The notes: generated by a model from the sequence alone, not told the origin. 64,000 nucleotides of DNA from Parcubacteria bacterium RAAC4_OD1_1 (GCA_000505065.1 AWSN01000001.1:403647-467646); one strand, 5' to 3'; positions 48,915-58,427 are shown, counted from the first letter of the stretch. A program made the numbers and translations.

Positions 48915-50942
48915 TTATTTTAATTTAGCTCTTGTAAGTGGTCCTATTATCCCATCCCCAACAAGACTATTGGCTATCTGAAATTTTATTACTGCCTGTC
49001 TAGTCTTTGGACCAAACTTACCATCAACTAATCCAGATTCATATCCATGAGTGTTTAAATATTTTTGTAATTCTTTAACATCATCCCCTGACATTCCATA
49101 TCTTAAAGTTCTAATTAAATTTAAAACGGGTTTATCTAATTGATTATTATTTTGATTTATCTGATTTGGAAACTGTTCAAGTATTTTATTTGCTTCATTT
49201 TCATTTCCCATAGCAAGTAAATTTTTATATCTTGTGCTAGCAGATGAACCAGAAGATCTAATACTTCTTGTTGGAATTTCTTCTTCAGTTTCTTCATCTC
49301 CTTCATTAAAATCTGGAAGGCTATTATTGTGAAAAATCCAAGGGGAACCACTATAAACCCAAGGATATACTGTCCCATTATATATAGGGTGTGATGAAGA
49401 ATAAAAAGATGATAATTCTGTTTCATGGTGAGAAAGTTGATTATCCAGAGTAACTACTCCATTAATATTTTTAATATCATTAAATTCTAAATTATCTACA
49501 GATTCATACCAGCCAGAGTTAAAAATAACATCATCTATGGTATATTCTGAATCAAAAAATAATCTACCAACAACACCACCAACATAATCAAACAAAGAAA
49601 CATTACCTGTTGCAAATGAATTATATATTCTATCTCCATTATCAATACCAACCAATCCACCTACGGACGAACTACCGGAAACACTACAAGTAGAATATGA
49701 ATTAACTATAGTACCTATTGAGAACAATGATCCATTCAAAGAACCCACAAGACCCCCAACATAACTTCGGCTACTTGTATCAGTAACACTTCCTGTAGTA
49801 TATGTATTTTCTATATGGCTATAATTGCTATATCCTACTAATCCACCTACATATGAATAACCAGTAATATTTATATCCTCTAATCCAACATTTTCAATAA
49901 CTGAATTTTCAATATAACCAAATAATCCAATATTATCCTCTGCTGAACGATTAATATATAAATCTGAAACTATATATCCATCTCCATCAAAATTACCGAT
50001 AAATTTATTGGTGGCATTACCTACAGACTCAAAACCCGTACCACTATTCCAATTTAATGTATCACTACAATCTATATCATTCATCATTTTAAAATAATAA
50101 CTTTCACTTAAATATGGATATGTAACTCCATCACTTAAAACATAATTTATGTTTTGTAATTCCAAACAAGTTGATATTTGATAGGGATCTCCTTCAATAC
50201 CAGAACCATTTTCAAAAATAAATGGATTTTCATTTATGGAAATATAAACATAACCATCAAAACCAGATGTCGCAATTAAATACGTGCCGTCTGAAGAATA
50301 AGTATAATCATTTAAAACAAGTGCTCCAACAGATGTTTGTTGTGTCCAAGTTGCTCCATTATCTGTAGATATGTAAGTATAACTATCATTATTAGATGTA
50401 GCAATGAGTGACGTGCCATCTGGGGAATAAGTGTAATCAGACAAATAAAGCGCTCCAGCAGATGTTTGTTGTGTCCAAGTTGCACCATTGTCTGTGGAAG
50501 TATAAATGTAAGTATCATTATCAGATGTAGCAATTAAATATGTACCATCTGGGGAATAGGTATAGTCATACAAATAAATCGCTCCAACAGATGTTTGTTG
50601 TGTCCAAGTTGCTCCATTATCTGTAGATATGTAAGTATAACTATCATTATTAGATGTAGCAATTAAATATGTACCATCTGGGGAATAAGTATAATAAACC
50701 AAAGAAAGGGCTCCAACAGATGTTTGTTGTGTCCAAGTTGCTCCATTGTCTGTGGAAATGTAAGGGTAACCATTATTAGCTGAAGAAATAAGCGATGTGC
50801 CATCTGGGGAATAAGTATAATTTCTTAAACGAAGAATACCGATATCAGTTTGTTGCGTCCAGACAGCGAAAGAGATATTTGGAATTGATAAAGATATTGT
50901 AAATAATATTATAACAAAAAATATATTTTTAAATTTAAACAT
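48915..50942 (-). CDS. Large secreted surface protein: signal peptide, five BNR/Asp-box-like repeats, a GLUG-motif beta-helix region and a C-terminal PG_binding_1 peptidoglycan-binding domain
   Basis: Repeats of YTYSPDGTYLIATSNNDSYTYISTDNGATWTQQTSVGA (SxDxGxTW). GGLVG/GLUG repeats. C-terminal LRYGMSGDDVKELQKYLNTHGYESGLVDGKFGPKTRQAVIKFQ. Confidence 0.65.
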   Translation of the reverse strand: MFKFKNIFFVIILFTISLSIPNISFAVWTQQTDIGILRLRNYTYSPDGTSLISSANNGYPYISTDNGATWTQQTSVGALSLVYYTYSPDGTYLIATSNNDSYTYISTDNGATWTQQTSVGAIYLYDYTYSPDGTYLIATSDNDTYIYTSTDNGATWTQQTSAGALYLSDYTYSPDGTSLIATSNNDSYTYISTDNGATWTQQTSVGALVLNDYTYSSDGTYLIATSGFDGYVYISINENPFIFENGSGIEGDPYQISTCLELQNINYVLSDGVTYPYLSESYYFKMMNDIDCSDTLNWNSGTGFESVGNATNKFIGNFDGDGYIVSDLYINRSAEDNIGLFGYIENSVIENVGLEDINITGYSYVGGLVGYSNYSHIENTYTTGSVTDTSSRSYVGGLVGSLNGSLFSIGTIVNSYSTCSVSGSSSVGGLVGIDNGDRIYNSFATGNVSLFDYVGGVVGRLFFDSEYTIDDVIFNSGWYESVDNLEFNDIKNINGVVTLDNQLSHHETELSSFYSSSHPIYNGTVYPWVYSGSPWIFHNNSLPDFNEGDEETEEEIPTRSIRSSGSSASTRYKNLLAMGNENEANKILEQFPNQINQNNNQLDKPVLNLIRTLRYGMSGDDVKELQKYLNTHGYESGLVDGKFGPKTRQAVIKFQIANSLVGDGIIGPLTRAKLK
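50250..50830 (-). repeat. Tandem ~123-nt coding repeats (about five copies) inside the surface protein gene
   Basis: Near-identical nucleotide blocks …tgttgtgtccaagttgc[ta]ccatt[ag]tctgt[ag]ga… recur with ~123-nt periodicity. Confidence 0.6.
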
Positions 50943-51009
50943 AAATTTATTATATCAAAAAAAATAAAATTTGAAAGGAATCTTTTTTATTGCTATATTT
51001 AAGTTAATT

Positions 51010-52209
51010 ATGAAAAATAATAAAAAGAAAAATTACTGCCCAGATTGTGGTGGGGCACAAGTAAATCACAAAGCTATGTATTTATCTCTTCTCTTGGGAG
51101 AGATAATGGAACCATGGGTCAATTTAAGTTCAAAAATACTTCCAGAAAAATATCTAGAAAATATTGGCCTTATCTTAATAAAGATTCTCACTTTCCTAAA
51201 AATAGGAAAACTAGATGATACTCCAAAAGAAAAAGAAACAGGAAGAACTAAAGTCCTCTTTGAAGAAGCTAAAAGACGAGGAATAGATATGAGGGAATTT
51301 AGGCTTTTTGGTATGGGTGGTGACCTTTTTATTACTAAGTACAAAGGTAAGAAAAGATTCTTTGATGTTATGCCAAGACCAAAAGATTATAACCCGAAAG
51401 GGCTTGAGTGGATGGACAATAAAAATGAAATGAAAAAACATTTCAAAAAAGAAAATATTCCTGTCGCAAATGGAGATATTGTAAAAAATAAAAAGAAAGC
51501 CTTAAAGGTTTTTAAAACTTTAAATAATCCAGTTATAGTAAAGCCGAATTTAGGATCAAGAAGTCGCCACACAACAATACATATCAAAAATGAAAATGAT
51601 TTAATAGAAGCATACAAAAAAGCTAAGATGCTTTCACCTTGGGTTATGATAGAAGAAGAACTTGAAGGATATGTCTTTAGGGGAACTTTAATAGGTAAAA
51701 AATTTATAGCTTGTCTAAGACGTGAACCTGCTTATGTAATAGGTGATGGAGTTCATAATGTAAAAGAACTTATAGAAATAGAGAACAAAAACCCTTTAAG
51801 ACAAGGTCCAATATTTCACACTATTACCTTAAATGATGAAGTAACAAAAGAGCTTATTCACTGGGGAAAGAACCTCGAAACAATTCCAAACAAAGATGAG
51901 CTAATCCTTCTTGGACAAAAAACAAGTCGTGCTGTAGGTGGTGGAATAACAGATATGACAGATGTCATACACCCTGATAATATAATTATGCTTGAAAAAA
52001 TAGCTGAGGTGCTAGATGACCCACTCATTGGTGTAGATTTTATAATGAAAGATGTTTCAAAATCTTGGAAAGAAGAACCAAGATGTGGAGTTATAGAATG
52101 TAATTCTGCTCCATTTATAGATTTACATCACTACCCACTCATAGGAAACCCTCGTAATGTAGCAGGAAAACTTTGGGATATAATTTATCCAGAAAGTAAA
52201 ATCAATTAA
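51010..52209 (+). CDS. ATP-grasp enzyme resembling the N-terminal domain of cyanophycin synthetase, with an N-terminal CxxC zinc-ribbon
   Basis: VIVKPNLGSRSRHTT…AYVIGDGVHNVKELIEIENKNPLRQG. The ORF-track TTG start at 50971 coincides with the promoter -35 (TTGAAA-17-TATATT), so ATG 51010 is preferred. Confidence 0.6.
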   Translation: MKNNKKKNYCPDCGGAQVNHKAMYLSLLLGEIMEPWVNLSSKILPEKYLENIGLILIKILTFLKIGKLDDTPKEKETGRTKVLFEEAKRRGIDMREFRLFGMGGDLFITKYKGKKRFFDVMPRPKDYNPKGLEWMDNKNEMKKHFKKENIPVANGDIVKNKKKALKVFKTLNNPVIVKPNLGSRSRHTTIHIKNENDLIEAYKKAKMLSPWVMIEEELEGYVFRGTLIGKKFIACLRREPAYVIGDGVHNVKELIEIENKNPLRQGPIFHTITLNDEVTKELIHWGKNLETIPNKDELILLGQKTSRAVGGGITDMTDVIHPDNIIMLEKIAEVLDDPLIGVDFIMKDVSKSWKEEPRCGVIECNSAPFIDLHHYPLIGNPRNVAGKLWDIIYPESKIN

Positions 52210-52709
52210 CCATCCACTGTTATTTCTGATTCTGGAGCATATTTCATATCTTTTTTAAGATGTGAAATATTTTTCCTTTTAGAAAGAAAATCTCCTAAAA
52301 ATTTTTCAAAATCTTCATGTCTTTCTTCTTCTCCCATTTCCGCAAAATGTCCTACTGGTTTGTCTTCTGGTGTCCATTCATAATGTCCTCTTAATTCTCC
52401 ATCTTTAAAAACTCTTAAGTGCCACTGTTTCTGAAAATTTTCTAGTTTACGCCAAGAAAGTACTTGACCATTATCTTCCCATGCCACAAAATGATTCCCA
52501 AATCCCCATTTTTCATGCAAATGCTTCTCGAGATCTTCTAGAGTTTTACCTTTTGCAAGCCAGCCAATATGATATGGTTGCCTACCCTTCTCATGCCAAA
52601 CTAGATGCCACTTTAAAAAGTGTCTTTGCATCCAAGGAAATATAGGATATATATGTCTCCAAATATTTCTCTTAAATTTTTGTGAAAATGTAAGTTTTAC
52701 TTTTTTCAT
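52206..52709 (-). CDS. Hypothetical Trp/His-rich protein
   Basis: 167 aa with many W/H residues. No known motif. Convergent with the ATP-grasp gene (4-nt overlap). Confidence 0.4.
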   Translation of the reverse strand: MKKVKLTFSQKFKRNIWRHIYPIFPWMQRHFLKWHLVWHEKGRQPYHIGWLAKGKTLEDLEKHLHEKWGFGNHFVAWEDNGQVLSWRKLENFQKQWHLRVFKDGELRGHYEWTPEDKPVGHFAEMGEEERHEDFEKFLGDFLSKRKNISHLKKDMKYAPESEITVDG

Positions 52710-52956
52710 ATTATCTTTTTAATTTATCTATCGAGGTTCTTGTATTGGCTTCATTTTCTATACTAGAGCCAAGCTTTTCTGAAAATACCCTAAAAACAAA
52801 AATAAAAATAATTATAATTAATACAACGAGTATCCAATATTTATTGAAAGAAGATTTCATACAATATTTATATCATTAAAATGACTAAAATTCAAACAAA
52901 TAAAAACAGCAGATCCTTTTGGGGTTATCTGCTGTTTCTTTTTTACCAATGACACA

Positions 52957-53451
52957 TTACATTGTGTATTGATTTTTTTTAGCATCCATACAAAGCGTAG
53001 TATGAGGCACTACACGTAACCGCTCTTTTGGAATCAGTCTGCCTGTCTCTCGACAAACACCATAAGTTTTGTTTTCAACACGTATAAGAGCCGCCTGCAG
53101 GTGTTGAATAAATTTAAGCTGACGTTGCGCCAGTTTACCGGCTTCTTCTTTCGAAAGTGTTGCAGCCCCCTCTTCAAGAACTTTAAAAGTTGGCGAAGTG
53201 TCCTGGACACCGTTACCGTCACTTTGAGTCAGAGAATTTTTATAAAAATAATAATCCTCTTGAGCAATTTTGAGCTTATCAAGAATCAACTCTTTGAATT
53301 CTTTCAACTCTTCATCCGTGTAACGGGTCTTTTCGTTTTCATTCTCAGGTTTTTGTCCCCTCTCAAGATTTCCAAGACCTAAAGTCCCAGGATTAACGTC
53401 CTCTAAATCCATCGTGCTTGGTCTTTCAACCAAATCAAATTTTTCTCCCAT
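52957..53451 (-). CDS. DksA/TraR-family C4 zinc-finger protein
   Basis: C-terminal CRETGRLIPKERLRVVPHTTLC four-Cys finger after a coiled-coil region. Confidence 0.65.
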   Translation of the reverse strand: MGEKFDLVERPSTMDLEDVNPGTLGLGNLERGQKPENENEKTRYTDEELKEFKELILDKLKIAQEDYYFYKNSLTQSDGNGVQDTSPTFKVLEEGAATLSKEEAGKLAQRQLKFIQHLQAALIRVENKTYGVCRETGRLIPKERLRVVPHTTLCMDAKKNQYTM

Positions 53452-53588
53452 GGTTAAGTTTTTTAAAATTTTTCCAGAAAATAAATATTTAACTCTTAAT
53501 TAACATATGTTACTTATATTATGCACATTTTTGGCATTTTGTCAAATTTAATTTTTAAAATAAAATAAAATTCTGATATAATAAATTT

Positions 53589-54386
53589 ATGTTCACATTA
53601 GAACTAATAATTTTGGGATTGCTTACTGGTATTATAACAGGGCTCACAGGGGCATCGGGGGTATTGGTTCTTGTTCCTATCCTCTCTACATTTTCAGATA
53701 TACCTTTACCAATCATATTAGGTACAAGTCTTTTTGTAGATGTTATCGCTTGTATCCCCGTCTCGTATGCTTATGCTAAAGCAAAGAATTTAGATGTAAA
53801 AAGTGTCGGATGGATCATAGCAGGAGCTCTTCTTGGTGCTCAAATAGGTTCATATTTTGTAGTTTCAGTTTCAAAATCTCTTATTATGGGTATTATTTCA
53901 ATAGGAATGATTTATTTCGGCATCAAAATGTGGCAAAGTGGCTTTTCTAAAGAAAAAGAGTTATCTATAAGAATTCCAGAAAGATTATCTTTTTATATGA
54001 AAACCCAAGTTGGGATGATCTTAAGTGGTTTATTGATAGGACTTACCACAGGAATCTTTGGTGCAGGAGGTGGACTCACTGTTTTCATTATACTTTTCTC
54101 TTTCTTAAATTTCCCTCTCAAAAAAGCAATCGGGACTTCAAGTTTTGTGATGCTTATCACCGCACTATCTGGAGTTTTAGGTTATTTTGGAAATGACAAT
54201 CTTCATTTTTCATATGGAATAATACTTGGTATTTCTGCTTTTATAGGTGGAGCACTTTCTTCTACTATTGCAAATAAAATGCCAGAAAAAAGACTTTCTA
54301 GGTTTATAGGAGTATTCTTTGTATCATTAGCAATTATAGTAATTTTTCTAAAAGTTATTATCCCTGTATTTAAAATAGAAATGTAA
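53589..54386 (+). CDS. TSUP (TauE/SafE) family membrane transporter
   Basis: Two-repeat 4-TM architecture with GLTGASGVLVLVPIL and GIFGAGGGLTVFIIL motifs. Confidence 0.75.
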   Translation: MFTLELIILGLLTGIITGLTGASGVLVLVPILSTFSDIPLPIILGTSLFVDVIACIPVSYAYAKAKNLDVKSVGWIIAGALLGAQIGSYFVVSVSKSLIMGIISIGMIYFGIKMWQSGFSKEKELSIRIPERLSFYMKTQVGMILSGLLIGLTTGIFGAGGGLTVFIILFSFLNFPLKKAIGTSSFVMLITALSGVLGYFGNDNLHFSYGIILGISAFIGGALSSTIANKMPEKRLSRFIGVFFVSLAIIVIFLKVIIPVFKIEM

Positions 54387-54415
54387 GTTTTGACATCGGG
54401 TTTGTTATTTTATTG

Positions 54416-54502
54416 CGGAGCCGGCTGGATTCGAACCAGCGAGGGGTTTTATCCCCTGCCTCTTTAGCAAAGAGGTACGTTAGACCACTCTGACACGGCT
54501 CC
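54416..54502 (-). tRNA. tRNA-Ser (anticodon GCU), type II with a long variable arm
   Basis: Acceptor ggagccg/cggctcc, anticodon stem cctct/agagg with loop ttGCTaa, variable arm aggggataaaacccct, T-loop ttcgaat, discriminator G. Confidence 0.75.
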
Positions 54503-54572
54503 ATATGGATATACGCTATCATATTTTATAAATTAAATAAATATGATAAGATGAAAAAGTTAAATTAGTATT

Positions 54573-54659
54573 GGATGGGTGGCCGAGAGGTTTAAGGCAG
54601 CGGTTTACTAAACCGCCGTTCTGTAAAAAGAACCGTGGGTTCGAATCCCACCCCATCCG
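54573..54659 (+). tRNA. Type II (Ser-like) tRNA whose anticodon loop reads UUACUAA, giving an apparent anticodon ACU
   Basis: Aligns arm-for-arm with bacterial tRNA-Ser: ggatggg-tg-gcc-gagaggtttaa-ggc-a, then gcggt-ttactaa-accgc, variable arm gttc/gaac, T-arm gtggg-ttcgaat-cccac, discriminator G. Anticodon call is by hand only. Confidence 0.55.
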
Positions 54660-54700
54660 CAAAATTATTTTAATTTTAATTTTTAAGGTATAATATCATA

Positions 54701-55444
54701 ATGGAAGAAGAAATTAAAAAATTAAAAGAAGAGTGTGAAAAATTAAAACAAACAAATGAAGTGAAATCAGATCTTATATCTATTTCTGCTCATCAACTTC
54801 GCACATCACTTTCTGCTCTTAAATGGATACTCAAAATGTTCTTGGATGAAGATTTGGGGAAACTCACCAGCGAACAAAATAGTTTCATTAGAAAAGCATA
54901 CAATAGTAATGAAAGAATGAATGCTCTTGTAAATGATCTTCTTACATTAAGTCATGCTGAAGATACAAGTATGTCTTATAAATTTGAAAAAATAGATCTT
55001 TTGTATCTTATTGAACAGACCGTATTTGATTTTTCAGGAGAAACAAATAAAAAAAATATTGAGCTTATGTTTCTAAAACCAGATTCTCCAATCTTGCCAA
55101 TAAACTGTGACAAAGAAATGATAATAGTAGTAATACAAAATCTTATAGAAAATGCAATTAAATATAGCAACGAGGGTGGAAAAGTTTTTATTTCTTTAAA
55201 ACAAGAAGAAAATAATTTGATAGTATCTGTAAGAGATACGGGAATAGGTATAAAAGAAGAAGATAAAGAAAATATATTCAAAAAGTTTTATCGTGCTCCA
55301 AATGCAATTGAAAAAGAAATAATAGGTTCTGGTCTTGGACTTTTTGCAACTAAAAATATAGTTGAGCGACATAAAGGAAAAATATGGTTTGACAGTACAG
55401 AAGGTAAGGGGGCAACATTCTTTGTATCATTGCCTATAAATTAA
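54701..55444 (+). CDS. Soluble (no TM) sensor histidine kinase
   Basis: H-box ISAHQLRTSLSAL. N, G1 and G2 boxes in the C-terminal HATPase_c domain (RDTGIGI, GSGLGL). Confidence 0.7.
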   Translation: MEEEIKKLKEECEKLKQTNEVKSDLISISAHQLRTSLSALKWILKMFLDEDLGKLTSEQNSFIRKAYNSNERMNALVNDLLTLSHAEDTSMSYKFEKIDLLYLIEQTVFDFSGETNKKNIELMFLKPDSPILPINCDKEMIIVVIQNLIENAIKYSNEGGKVFISLKQEENNLIVSVRDTGIGIKEEDKENIFKKFYRAPNAIEKEIIGSGLGLFATKNIVERHKGKIWFDSTEGKGATFFVSLPIN

Positions 55445-55468
55445 TATCTATGATATAATATAAATGTT

Positions 55469-55837
55469 ATGAAAAGAGTACTAATAATTGAAGATGATAG
55501 TTTTCTCCAAAGCCTTGAAGTAAACAAACTAAAAAAAGAAGGTTATGATGTTTTGACTGCTTCTACTGGCAAAGAAGGTCTTCAAAAAATAAATGAACCA
55601 GGGATAGACATTATTCTCCTTGATCTCGTACTTCCAAATTTCGATGGATTTGAAATACTTGAAAAAATAAGAGCGACAGAGGCTCTAAAGAAAACACCAG
55701 TGATTGTATTTTCTAATCTTTCAGAAGAAAAAGATATTAAAAGATCAGAGGAATTAGGAGCAACAGATTTTATGGTCAAATCAAACTTCACATTAGACGA
55801 ACTTGTAGAACATCTAAACAAAATACTTGGACTATAA
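55469..55837 (+). CDS. Stand-alone CheY-like response regulator
   Basis: RVLIIEDD… DIILLDLVLPNFDGFE … K. Confidence 0.75.
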   Translation: MKRVLIIEDDSFLQSLEVNKLKKEGYDVLTASTGKEGLQKINEPGIDIILLDLVLPNFDGFEILEKIRATEALKKTPVIVFSNLSEEKDIKRSEELGATDFMVKSNFTLDELVEHLNKILGL

Positions 55838-55890
55838 AACCCATCCGAATCATATCGGAGGGTTTTTTCTTTTTATGATATAATCTCTTT

Positions 55891-58155
55891 GTGAAACTAG
55901 AAGATAAAATAGAAAATCATTTTAGATTAGACCAAGACCAAAAAAAAGCACTCAATAAACTAAGACTAATAACAGTCAAAGATTTGTTATTCCACTTCCC
56001 CAACAGATATAATTATATAAGTGATATTAAATACATAAACACTCTATCTAGCGGTGAGCAAGTCACAATACTAGGTACAATATCAAACCTTCAAACAAAA
56101 AAAGGATTCAAAAGTAAAATTCCAATGGGTCAAGCTACACTTTCTGATATCACAGGAAAGATAAATATAATTTGGTTTCATCAACCATATTTAGCAAAAA
56201 TGATAAAAGAAGGATCAACAGTAAAAGTCAGTGGCAAAATAACAAATAGTGATAAATACGGACTTACTCTTATGAATCCAGAAATAGATAAGGATAGTAT
56301 TCTACCTATTGATTTACATGATTCACTTTTCTCAAAAGAGAATAAAAAGGAGGAAGAATTGGGTTTTCCTATTTATCCTGAAACAAAGGGGATAACTTCC
56401 AAATGGATTTATCATACAATCAAAAAAATAATAAAAGATGAAGAAATAAAAAATATAAAAGAATACCTCCCCCTTTATATTATAAATTCATACAAGCTTC
56501 CATCGTTACACACTGCGCTTATTTGGATACATACTCCAAAGAAAAAAGAACATGCAGAAATTGCTCGAAAAAGATTTGCTTTTGAAGAAGTTTTTTTCAT
56601 CCAGCTTGCTCGTCAAAAAGAAAAAAAAGAATATAACAAAATGTTTTCTTATAAATTAAAAATTGAAAAAGAAGACATTAAAGATTTCATAGATAGATTC
56701 CCCTTCTCTCCTACAAATTCACAAACAAAAGCCATAAATACAATTTTAGAAGATTTAAAAAAAGATAAACCAATGGGGAGACTTCTGGAAGGTGATGTCG
56801 GGAGTGGTAAGACTTTTGTCGCTGCGACAATCACTTATGCGGTTATAAAAAACAGACCAATGGGCCAATCTTTTGGCAATCTCCAAGTCGCATATATGGC
56901 TCCGACCGAAGTACTTGCTGTCCAACTTTATGAAAATTTTATAAAATATTTTGAACACACAGGTATATCTATAGGACTTATCACTTCATCAGGTTGTCGT
57001 AAATTCCCAAGCAAAACAGCCGGATGGAAAAATGGTGAACAAATTAAAACTTGGACTAATATATCTAAAAATCAACTTTTGAAATGGATAAAAAATGGGG
57101 AGATTCCAATAGTAATAGGTACACATTCGCTTATATCAAAATCTGTAGAATTTGAAGACTTAGGGCTTGTCATAATAGATGAACAACATCGCTTTGGTAC
57201 AAATCAAAGAATGAAACTTGCGAAAAAAGAAGGTCATGCTCCACACTATCTTTCTATGTCTGCCACCCCAATACCTAGAACGCTCGCACTCACTATCTAT
57301 GGGGATTTGGATTTATCTATAATGGATGAAATGCCAAAAGGAAGAAAATCTGTCATTACAGAAATAATACCCGAAAACAAAAGATCTATTGCTTATGAAA
57401 ATATTAGGAAAGAATTAGAAGCTGGTAGGCAGGTTTATGTTATTTGTCCAAAAATAGAAGAGACGGAGATCGGAGATAATACTATCGAGGGGCTTGTGAG
57501 CTCGACGGAGCGAACACTGAGTAAATTTTCAGCAGAAAATTTGCGTGCCCGAGAGAGTATTATCTCCGATCTCAAAACAGTAACATCTGAAGCCAAAAGA
57601 CTTAAAAAAGATATTTTCCAAACTTACAATATCGACATAATGCACAGCAAAATGAGCAGTCAAAAGAAAGAAAAAGTAATGAAAGATTTTGAAGATAAAA
57701 AGATAGATATCCTTGTTTCAACTTCTGTAATTGAAGTCGGTGTAAATATCCCAAATGCAACAATAATAGTCATAGAAGGTGCTGAACGTTTCGGTCTTGC
57801 TCAATTACACCAACTAAGAGGACGTGTAATGCGCTCAACACACCAATCATATTGTTATTTATTTGCTGATGCAAAAACTGACAAAACAATAGATAGACTA
57901 AAAGCCCTAACAAAAGCCTCTAATGGATTCGAACTTGCCGAGCTTGATTTGTCACTTCGTGGAGCAGGACTTTTGGGTGGAGATAAACAATGGGGCATTA
58001 CAGATCTTGGTATGGAAGCCCTTAAAAATATCAAAATGGTAGAAGCAGCTAGAAGTGAAGCAATAAAAATAATAGAAAGTGATAACGAGCTCTCTTCCTA
58101 CTCCACCCTATCCGAAACCCTAAAACAAAAAAATCTCAAATTGCACTTTGAATAA
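55891..58155 (+). CDS. recG: ATP-dependent DNA helicase RecG
   Basis: Wedge/OB domain. Helicase motifs I (GDVGSGKT) and II (DEQHRFG). C-terminal TRG motif region. Confidence 0.9.
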   Translation: MKLEDKIENHFRLDQDQKKALNKLRLITVKDLLFHFPNRYNYISDIKYINTLSSGEQVTILGTISNLQTKKGFKSKIPMGQATLSDITGKINIIWFHQPYLAKMIKEGSTVKVSGKITNSDKYGLTLMNPEIDKDSILPIDLHDSLFSKENKKEEELGFPIYPETKGITSKWIYHTIKKIIKDEEIKNIKEYLPLYIINSYKLPSLHTALIWIHTPKKKEHAEIARKRFAFEEVFFIQLARQKEKKEYNKMFSYKLKIEKEDIKDFIDRFPFSPTNSQTKAINTILEDLKKDKPMGRLLEGDVGSGKTFVAATITYAVIKNRPMGQSFGNLQVAYMAPTEVLAVQLYENFIKYFEHTGISIGLITSSGCRKFPSKTAGWKNGEQIKTWTNISKNQLLKWIKNGEIPIVIGTHSLISKSVEFEDLGLVIIDEQHRFGTNQRMKLAKKEGHAPHYLSMSATPIPRTLALTIYGDLDLSIMDEMPKGRKSVITEIIPENKRSIAYENIRKELEAGRQVYVICPKIEETEIGDNTIEGLVSSTERTLSKFSAENLRARESIISDLKTVTSEAKRLKKDIFQTYNIDIMHSKMSSQKKEKVMKDFEDKKIDILVSTSVIEVGVNIPNATIIVIEGAERFGLAQLHQLRGRVMRSTHQSYCYLFADAKTDKTIDRLKALTKASNGFELAELDLSLRGAGLLGGDKQWGITDLGMEALKNIKMVEAARSEAIKIIESDNELSSYSTLSETLKQKNLKLHFE

Positions 58156-58166
58156 AAATATCTTGT

Positions 58167-58239
58167 CCGTCCTCTAGGATTCGAACCTAGGACCCCAGAG
58201 GTATAAGCTCTGTGCTCTAACCAACTGAGCTAAGGACGG
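58167..58239 (-). tRNA. tRNA-Ile (anticodon UAU)
   Basis: Acceptor ccgtcct/aggacgg, discriminator A, anticodon stem cagag/ctctg with loop ctTATac, T-loop ttcgaat. Confidence 0.7.
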
Positions 58240-58289
58240 AAATTGGTTAAAATATAAATATAAACAAATAATTTTATATACTTTTCGCC

Positions 58290-58335
58290 TAACCAAAACA
58301 GCTAAGGATATAAACTTGGTTAAAATATAAATACA
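58290..58335 (-). repeat. Direct repeat of the 5' end (~14 nt) of tRNA-Ile(UAU) plus ~25 nt of its upstream flank
   Basis: 58290-58335 (aaccaaaacagctaaggatataaacttggttaaaatataaata) versus 58221-58262 (ccaactgagctaaggacggaaattggttaaaatataaata). Confidence 0.45.
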
Positions 58336-58427
58336 AGTAATATATTACATAAAAATTGGATAATAAGCAACCACCCCAGATAGTGCCTTAAGCACTATCT
58401 GGGGTGGTATTTTATTTTTTATTTTAT

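Noticed and set aside
50250-50830. Possible CRISPR array suggested by regularly spaced near-identical repeats
   Set aside because: The repeats are about 123 nt, contiguous, in-frame and encode the BNR-like protein repeats. There are no spacers and no cas genes. No CRISPR array was seen anywhere in the window.
50971-51009. TTG start proposed by the ORF track for the ATP-grasp gene
   Set aside because: The TTG is the -35 hexamer of a TTGAAA-17-TATATT promoter, so the ATG at 51010 is the plausible start.
52711-52859. Possible 49-aa membrane peptide upstream of the Trp/His-rich gene
   Set aside because: Careful codon-by-codon translation hits an in-frame TAG after 33 codons. My first read had a 1-nt slip. 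The product is too short and unsupported.
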